Below, in pieces: positions 58,015 through 64,000 of a DNA stretch of 64,000 bases (positions within the stretch are counted from its first letter, which is position 1; each line of letters starts with the position of its first letter). Origin of the DNA: Deferribacterales bacterium (GTDB lineage Bacteria; Chrysiogenota; Deferribacteres; Deferribacterales; Geovibrionaceae); the NCBI GenBank assembly GCA_050251945.1, contig JBFWLW010000001.1, positions 512,001-576,000 of the forward strand. Reading direction: 5' to 3'. The notes beneath the pieces are model-generated. The model did not search any database. It was not told the DNA's origin and saw only the letters and a program-made list of their open reading frames with translations. The position numbers were made by a program, and so were the translations under genes.

Positions 58015-59732
58015 TAGCTCTCCTCCCCGTATTTCGGCTTGACTGTTACGATTTCTTTAAGGATGCCGCTTTTTCGGCTCTCAAGTTCTGATACATCCCC
58101 GAACGCCTCGGAGACCAAAGGAGTATAAAATGCTTTCTTAAATGAAGAGCCGTCTTTAAATTCAACGGTAAATGGTGCGGAGAAATAGCCGTTTTTAATC
58201 AAACCATCGGCGATGAGCCTGCGTTCACGGAGCATCTCCGTTACAGTAAAAAGATAATTACGCCGCTGATCCTGATCCGCATCGGCAAGAAGGACTTCCT
58301 CATGAAATGATTCCCTTGAGAGCTTTTTCAGGATTTTCCAAAGTAGGTCAGTTTGAAAATAAACAACATTATCCGGCATACTGAAAGCGTCAAAACGTTT
58401 TCCGTTTATAACGTTAATCTTGCTGTCCAGTTCAACAATGAACTTATCAATATCAAGCCAGGACAGTTCTGCCTCTGAAGGTCGCTTTTCGTCTTGTGTT
58501 TCCACTACCGTGCCAAAAATTCTATCAGACTGCTGAGACTGCTTGTTATGTTCTTGTGGCGCATACACGTCTGCTACATCAAGCTGCGGAAGAACCGAAG
58601 CAAGTTCCTTTCTCCTGGCATTTCTGTCTGCTTCTCGCAGCAGATCTGCTAACTCTCCCCCGCCGGTTCTGTGATGACTTAAAATAGCCGTCTCAACATC
58701 AGTTTTATATGAAAGCTCCGAAAAACCTTCTATCCCGTTCAGAAGCAAAACCGATATCCGTGGATGGTCCCCCATTGAATACATGGCCTTGTCCAGTGCC
58801 TCTGACTTACCGATATCATGCCCAAACGCAGCAAGCAGAAGCTGTGCAGAATATGCTCCGGGATTTTTAACAAGTTTAAGGACCTCTTCTGCAACATTCA
58901 GAGAATGCCGCCAAAGATACACTTTTGAGAGAGCAGCATATGTGGACGGCTCTGAATACGGATTTACGTCCGTGCTACGGTTAACAACAGATGGACAGTC
59001 GCCCTTTTCATCAAGCAGCCTCATCACAGCTTCAATGATTTTTTCAGCCGGTAATCCAGCAACGTGATTCTTATAGAACAGAGTGAAATCATATTTATTA
59101 AAAACTATTTCCGCTTGTTTTTGTATTTGCTCCGGTTTGTTTTCTGTCAGGTTGCGGATATCCGCGACCTGCTTTTTTCCTGTCCATAGACCTGAAAGCG
59201 TTTCCAGAGCTATCTGCTGTTTGTCTTCTTTTTTTTTGATTTCAGCTTTAGGATTTGCAATCACGATTATGATGAACAAAATTGTCAAAGAAAACCAAAC
59301 GGGGCAAAATCCATTAAAGACCCCTGCAATAAAAATCACCCCAATCATAATGCCGGCAAAGACAACCTCGGATATCTTTCCAGTTCTTGCCTCTTTAAGA
59401 CCGTAACCGGCTTTCAGAGGATTGATGAACGGAACGCCCGATACAGTTAAAGCGTCCGCATAAATATGCAGGAGAGCGCCGATTAAAAAGAAATAAACAA
59501 AAGACATGCCGAAATATGCGGAAATCAGAATTGAAAATATATAAATAAGCCACCAATGGCTTGTTTTACGATGAACTTTTTTCCAAAGAGTTTCATTGCC
59601 CATGGAGATAAACCTGTCGATAACATCAGGCAGAACAGACCCTGCCGTAAGTGCGCCTATTATCGCAAAATCATATTTTGCCGTTGCAAAGCCATAAACG
59701 GCGCCGATAGCAATGTGACTTTTCCATTTCAT
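58014..59732 (-). CDS. HD-domain (MOBH/TraI_2-like) relaxase fused to an N-terminal YdjM-like membrane hydrolase
   Basis: GSVLPDVID...HRKTSH...LHIYADALT; LWRHSLNVA...AAFGHDIGK...DHPRIS...ILSHH. Confidence 0.65.
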   Translation of the reverse strand: MKWKSHIAIGAVYGFATAKYDFAIIGALTAGSVLPDVIDRFISMGNETLWKKVHRKTSHWWLIYIFSILISAYFGMSFVYFFLIGALLHIYADALTVSGVPFINPLKAGYGLKEARTGKISEVVFAGIMIGVIFIAGVFNGFCPVWFSLTILFIIIVIANPKAEIKKKEDKQQIALETLSGLWTGKKQVADIRNLTENKPEQIQKQAEIVFNKYDFTLFYKNHVAGLPAEKIIEAVMRLLDEKGDCPSVVNRSTDVNPYSEPSTYAALSKVYLWRHSLNVAEEVLKLVKNPGAYSAQLLLAAFGHDIGKSEALDKAMYSMGDHPRISVLLLNGIEGFSELSYKTDVETAILSHHRTGGGELADLLREADRNARRKELASVLPQLDVADVYAPQEHNKQSQQSDRIFGTVVETQDEKRPSEAELSWLDIDKFIVELDSKINVINGKRFDAFSMPDNVVYFQTDLLWKILKKLSRESFHEEVLLADADQDQRRNYLFTVTEMLRERRLIADGLIKNGYFSAPFTVEFKDGSSFKKAFYTPLVSEAFGDVSELESRKSGILKEIVTVKPKYGEES

Positions 59733-61033
59733 ACTTCTGCCCTCGGATAAACTACATCAATGTACAAGTCGCTTACTGCGTTGGTTTTACCGAAATATGC
59801 TCCATCGTAGTTGAGCATAAAAAACTCACGGCGCCCCAGGTTCAAAACATCCTCAACCTTCAACACATCTGCTTCAGTCTCTCTGATGTTCAACACTCCG
59901 GACGTACTCATCATGCTCGTCATCTGCTTTTCAACTCCGAAATGGCGGCAAACGTATTCTGCAGTTTCAGAGTCCGGTACCCGCATGAATCCTTTGTTGT
60001 TTGTGTTGTCGAGAATTGAATTGCCAAAACTCCTGTCAAGCATGGCGTAGATCTGGTTGACACTCTGACAGAACCCAAAAAGCTGGACATTTGCACCGCC
60101 AGCTTTCGCAAAGAAATCGTCAATGCCCTTATAAAGAACGTTTTGAGCTTCATCCATGATGATCTGAAGAGTTGGCTGCACTTTTCTTCCTGAAGAAAAA
60201 ATACGACCGGTATAAGCCTGAAGCATAGAAATCAGAACCTTGCCGACCGTGAACGCCGCTTTCCTTGTTATCAATGAACCGACCTGCGCAACAAGGATTA
60301 CGCCTTTACCACTCTCCAGTTTGTCTATAACAGGATTGCCGCGCGCATGTCCGATGACCTGTCCAATGTTACCGGATGTCAGCTCCATCAGCGCAACACG
60401 AAGAGAACTGGAAACTTTGTTGTAATAATCCTGTCCGGAGTCCACTATTTTTTTGAGATCCGCAGCGAGCTGACGTGTGCTGTCATCGCCCGCTATCGTC
60501 TCAACTTTTTTCTGCAAAGTCTCAAGATCATGGTGAGACACAACGTCTTTGACATCGTTAAAGTTAAATCTCTCCCCGTATTCCTTTTTCGTAAGTACCA
60601 TGAACGCCTGCACGATCATCAGAGACGTTTCATAAGCAACGTTGAAAAAGAAGGGCTCTTTTCCGACCTCGATACCGGCTATAAGGTGTCCGACAAGTTC
60701 CTCGATCATGTAGTAATGTTCAAGCGGGTTCAGTTGGATGCTGTATTGTGGAAAAATCGGGGATAACAGCATTAAATCATCTTCGCGTTTGGCTTCCAGC
60801 GCCACCTGCGTTATCTTGCTGAAAAGTTCAACATCACCTTTCGGATCAATAATAACAACCGAATAACCTTTATTGATACTCTGCTCAACGATGTTCTCTA
60901 TCATGCGGGTCTTACCAACCCGTGTGGTACCAAAACACCAAAAATGACCGGAAAGATCAGCATCATTGATTGCGATATCTATTTCTTTGTCCCGCTGGAC
61001 AAGTCTGTGTCCGCGTCCGATATACGTCTTCAT
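59729..61033 (-). CDS. traD: Type IV coupling protein (no N-terminal TM)
   Basis: GTTRVGKT, IIDPKGD, MDEAQ, AKAGGA. Confidence 0.88.
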   Translation of the reverse strand: MKTYIGRGHRLVQRDKEIDIAINDADLSGHFWCFGTTRVGKTRMIENIVEQSINKGYSVVIIDPKGDVELFSKITQVALEAKREDDLMLLSPIFPQYSIQLNPLEHYYMIEELVGHLIAGIEVGKEPFFFNVAYETSLMIVQAFMVLTKKEYGERFNFNDVKDVVSHHDLETLQKKVETIAGDDSTRQLAADLKKIVDSGQDYYNKVSSSLRVALMELTSGNIGQVIGHARGNPVIDKLESGKGVILVAQVGSLITRKAAFTVGKVLISMLQAYTGRIFSSGRKVQPTLQIIMDEAQNVLYKGIDDFFAKAGGANVQLFGFCQSVNQIYAMLDRSFGNSILDNTNNKGFMRVPDSETAEYVCRHFGVEKQMTSMMSTSGVLNIRETEADVLKVEDVLNLGRREFFMLNYDGAYFGKTNAVSDLYIDVVYPRAEV

Positions 61034-61722
61034 TTGCCATACCTCACTATGACACGTTCTTTAAGCTCATTAGCCGTAAAGACTATATGTGCTTTAGGAA
61101 TATACTTTTCCGTCTGCACAAGGCTTCTTGCGCCTGATATCCGATGGACACAGCTCACAGTGCTCCCCTGAAGCCGGAACAATTCGTCCACAAGACGCTC
61201 TGTTGTACGGCTCAGGATAAAGCATACCTCTCTGTCCTTTTCAGAAAGCCCCGTCACATGAAACCAAAGTGTTTGTCCGTGAACGTAAGTATTGCGTTCG
61301 TGGACCGGAGTGCTGCGCACTGAACAATAAGCGGGAATACGGATACCTTCTGACGCTTCAGCGTAAAAAACTCCCACTTCCTGCTCATAACGCAGAAAAG
61401 AACAATGGACAGCTGTACCCACAAACGGCTTTAAATATCTTTGCCTTGAAACGATAGCCTGTGCCTGAAATGCATTCTGAAGAGCTTTCGCCATGTGACG
61501 TAGGTCAGACCTGCGCAAAGAAAAGGTAGATTCTTTTCCACCAAAACCATTAGTTTGATATTTTCTGAGAACAAATCCACCCGACGCAAAATCGCAAACA
61601 ACAGTACAGCGGAGCTTGTGAGTATAAAACTGCTCCGCTGTCTGCCTGAGAATGCCTTTAATTTCATCCTCGCAAAGCCCGTATTTGAAAGCAATTTCAT
61701 CAAAATATGCTTTCAGCCACAA
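61030..61722 (-). CDS. Divergent NusA-like protein (NTD, S1, partial KH)
   Basis: ILSRTTERLVDELFRL (cf. ILSRTHPxLVxxLFELE), RISGARSLV, NELKERVIV. Confidence 0.55.
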   Translation of the reverse strand: MWLKAYFDEIAFKYGLCEDEIKGILRQTAEQFYTHKLRCTVVCDFASGGFVLRKYQTNGFGGKESTFSLRRSDLRHMAKALQNAFQAQAIVSRQRYLKPFVGTAVHCSFLRYEQEVGVFYAEASEGIRIPAYCSVRSTPVHERNTYVHGQTLWFHVTGLSEKDREVCFILSRTTERLVDELFRLQGSTVSCVHRISGARSLVQTEKYIPKAHIVFTANELKERVIVRYGK

Positions 61723-61958
61723 AGCTCAATTCTCCCCTGATTGCCGTCTTCCATTACGATAATGAGGATGTCGTCAAAAAATGCAGCGTAATCCCGATCG
61801 TCTTCTGCCTGAACAGCGACACGAAGGACAAGATCCTTCACGCTGTTCAGCGTTTTATTTGCTTCGTTAAGCTGCACGAAGGCGTTAATCGTGTTTTCGT
61901 TATAATCAGCGTCATTCATGATGTTTTTCCGTTTTTTGTTTTTTCGTTTTTTTATCAC
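61713..61958 (-). CDS. Hypothetical protein
   Basis: Coupled ORF; start uncertain. Confidence 0.45.
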   Translation of the reverse strand: MIKKRKNKKRKNIMNDADYNENTINAFVQLNEANKTLNSVKDLVLRVAVQAEDDRDYAAFFDDILIIVMEDGNQGRIELCG

Positions 61959-62386
61959 TCCGTTTTTTCATTTTTTGTTTGTTTTTTAGTTTTTTCGTTT
62001 GTGCCGCCATGGTCGGCATCAGGTTCGTCGAACGCGCCTTCAGCTTCGGAAGATGAGTTTGATTTCGGTTTTGAAAGCAGCTGAACGCTATCGGCAACTA
62101 TGATGTGCTTTGACTGTGTTTTTCCGTCTTTTTCCCAAACCTTATAGTCAATTTCTCCTAAAATAATGACTTGGCGACCTTTGGTCAGGTGCTTGTGCAT
62201 GGCTTCGCCATATTCACGCCAGACCTCAACGTCGATGTATATAGGTTTTTCTTTGTCTTTATCTTTGTTGGGACGCGTTGTCGCAAGAGTAAAAGAACAC
62301 ACCGCGATGTCGCTGCCAGGGAGAAAACGAAGATCTGAGTCCTTCGTCAGGTTGCCAAGGATTATAAGTTGATTCACATAAGCCAT
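61955..62386 (-). CDS. ssb: Single-stranded DNA-binding protein
   Basis: VNQLIILGNLTKD, FTLATTR, LTKGRQVII; GGAGGG RBS. Confidence 0.92.
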   Translation of the reverse strand: MAYVNQLIILGNLTKDSDLRFLPGSDIAVCSFTLATTRPNKDKDKEKPIYIDVEVWREYGEAMHKHLTKGRQVIILGEIDYKVWEKDGKTQSKHIIVADSVQLLSKPKSNSSSEAEGAFDEPDADHGGTNEKTKKQTKNEKTE

Positions 62387-62412
62387 AATACCCTCCAGTG
62401 AGTTTCTAGGAT

Positions 62413-62432
62413 AGAAATGACAGGTGGGGTAA
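62413..62432 (-). promoter_or_regulatory. Conserved operon-head motif before ssb
   Basis: Minus strand TTACCCCACCTGTCATTTCT. Confidence 0.55.
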
Positions 62433-62660
62433 ATTAACACATGAGAAGAGAATTACAGTGACCAAATAGTGACCATAACTCACAAAAACAAGCAAAGATG
62501 AGCAAATATAATGATTCTATAATATTTGCCTGTATTAGATATTTACGAATTTAAGGCAATCATTCTTTACGGCAGGAGGCCGGCCTTCCTTTTATATATC
62601 ATAAGATGACGCCGACGTACACCGGCGCCATCTTGAACCGACAAATCTGAATCACTCAAT

Positions 62661-64000
62661 TTAATTAGCGATAGCCCTTCTTATCTGACTGCAAAAATCC
62701 GCTATATACTGTTTCACAAGATTACGCCTGTCACCTGAGATGACGCCGTATGCGACCGCCTGATCAAGAAGCTGGTTTGTGCTGCTTACGGCAAGCTGTT
62801 CCAGCCCGGCGCCAAGTCTGTTCTTCTGATCCTGATCCGGCGCTCTGTCCTGATAAATGGAAACAAACAAATCTTCCTTGTCCGAAGCAAACCTGATCAA
62901 CAGACTTTCGAGCTCTTTCTCCGCTTGCGGATACTGTGCCAGCAGAGAGTCAAGGTTGCTTATTCCGAATACGTTTATAAGTATGTAGCGCCATGCCTGC
63001 AATTCATAAGGAAAAGGGTTTCTGACAGCCGCCAAAGCCATTTCATACGTGCTTCTGGATTCATCGTAAACTGACGAACTCTCAACAAACGCCTTGGTCA
63101 GCAGGTCAATGAACGCTTTCTTCCCGAAGCCGAATTTACCGTAGATTATCGCCGCGTGAGCATCGCCCGATGAGCTGACTGAATCCGGAGCCTGTCCTGA
63201 AGACGCCAGAAGGAGTCTGTTTGCGGCGGAATGACTGCATCCGTTGAACTTGTTATATACTCCGGCGCAGTAATCCGAAGAAACGTTAGGCTGCTGTAAC
63301 ATATTCAGCAGTGATTTTGAAACCTGAACAGAAGCAAAAGCTCTCGCCATACCGGATTTGTAGTCAGGATTGAAACATGGCCAATAGTTTTCGGAAGAAA
63401 CATCTTTTAATCCGACACATTTTACATAAGGTATGAAATCATCCTTAACGTATTCATATCCGAGAACGTTCATCAGTTCAAAAGATTTAAGAACTGCCGT
63501 TGTGTTCAGATACAAGACCATGCACTCCATCAGGTCTTTTATGCCGTGTCCGTTGTGCGTCGATTTCGGCAAAGTGACAAGACAGCCGAGCTTTCCTCCG
63601 AAGGTTGAAACGGGGTCATAGGCTGTCATAAATATCTCTATATTATTTTTCGACTGCCCCATTCTGTCGCTTTTAAGATGGATCATGGAAATTTCCGAAA
63701 GCCCCGCTGGATTATACCCGAAACCGGACATGCGGCTGATATTTCCCGATGCGTTTGCCGTCAGAGAAAACTGAGTAAGCCCGCCGCCAAGGGAATGTCC
63801 CGTGACATAAAAATTTTTACCGGGGTAGCTGTCCAGAATTATTTTGAGCAGCCCGGCAGCTTTCAGATAAAGCAGACTGGGTGCGGAAAGCTGCTCGATA
63901 TCCGCATACACCATATCAAGACTGTCCGTACCGGAAAATGACACGACAAGATTATTATCTTTTTTGCCGAGCCACGCCCTGAGCCCGCGGGAACTGGTGA
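62661..64000 (-). CDS. Alpha/beta-hydrolase lipase (DUF2974/lipase_3-like); probably starts beyond the window
   Basis: VVSFSGTD, VTGHSLGGGL, YNPAG, DPVS, HGI; frame open to the window end. Confidence 0.8.
   Translation of the reverse strand, partial: TSSRGLRAWLGKKDNNLVVSFSGTDSLDMVYADIEQLSAPSLLYLKAAGLLKIILDSYPGKNFYVTGHSLGGGLTQFSLTANASGNISRMSGFGYNPAGLSEISMIHLKSDRMGQSKNNIEIFMTAYDPVSTFGGKLGCLVTLPKSTHNGHGIKDLMECMVLYLNTTAVLKSFELMNVLGYEYVKDDFIPYVKCVGLKDVSSENYWPCFNPDYKSGMARAFASVQVSKSLLNMLQQPNVSSDYCAGVYNKFNGCSHSAANRLLLASSGQAPDSVSSSGDAHAAIIYGKFGFGKKAFIDLLTKAFVESSSVYDESRSTYEMALAAVRNPFPYELQAWRYILINVFGISNLDSLLAQYPQAEKELESLLIRFASDKEDLFVSIYQDRAPDQDQKNRLGAGLEQLAVSSTNQLLDQAVAYGVISGDRRNLVKQYIADFCSQIRRAIAN

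Larger units (their letters stand above)
1..62480. mobile_element. Integrative conjugative element (tyrosine integrase, F-type T4SS, HD/MOBH-like relaxase); boundaries approximate, left end outside the window
   Basis: Integrase and xis at the left end, near-complete tra gene set, coupling protein, relaxase, ssb, topoisomerase, ArdC-like genes and cargo. Confidence 0.85.

Noticed and set aside
55054..58091. Many antisense and alternate-frame ORFs across traN and other tra genes
   Set aside because: Shadow ORFs of long, well-supported genes.
1..64000. tRNA/rRNA genes, IS transposases, phage structural genes
   Set aside because: None recognised by eye; tRNAscan and ISEScan were not run.

Overview
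The window covers most of a large integrative conjugative element (ICE) with an F-type/SXT-like T4SS. From the left: a partial tyrosine integrase and excisionase-like gene; a phage-style repressor/Cro switch; an 878-aa replication initiator with internal 21-bp iterons; a ParM/ParR-like partition locus; topoisomerase IA; traA-L-E-K-B-V-C-W-U-F-H-G; an AT-rich defence/TA cargo block (~31.9-43 kb); an ArdC-type anti-defence cluster; and a minus-strand operon (ssb, NusA-like, traD, HD relaxase, two TraN-like genes, peptidase, trbC, dsbC, lytic transglycosylase). The window ends in a partial lipase gene. The standout feature lies in the apparently non-coding gap at ~6.5-8.0 kb: a circularly permuted group II intron on the minus strand. 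Domains V/VI come first, then a 24-nt exon, then the GUGCG 5' splice site and domains I-III, with domain IV split and rejoined by long-range pairing. It has its own promoter and terminator. It is divergent from a catalytically degenerate RT/maturase-like gene and a coupled partner ORF, and it sits inside the replication/partition module. Other notable items: a six-copy promoter motif heading the backbone operons and the maturase gene, three copies of a covarying RBS-sequestering RNA leader, and a candidate type I TA locus. All family assignments come from motif recognition by eye, not database searches. The host cannot be assigned from this window.
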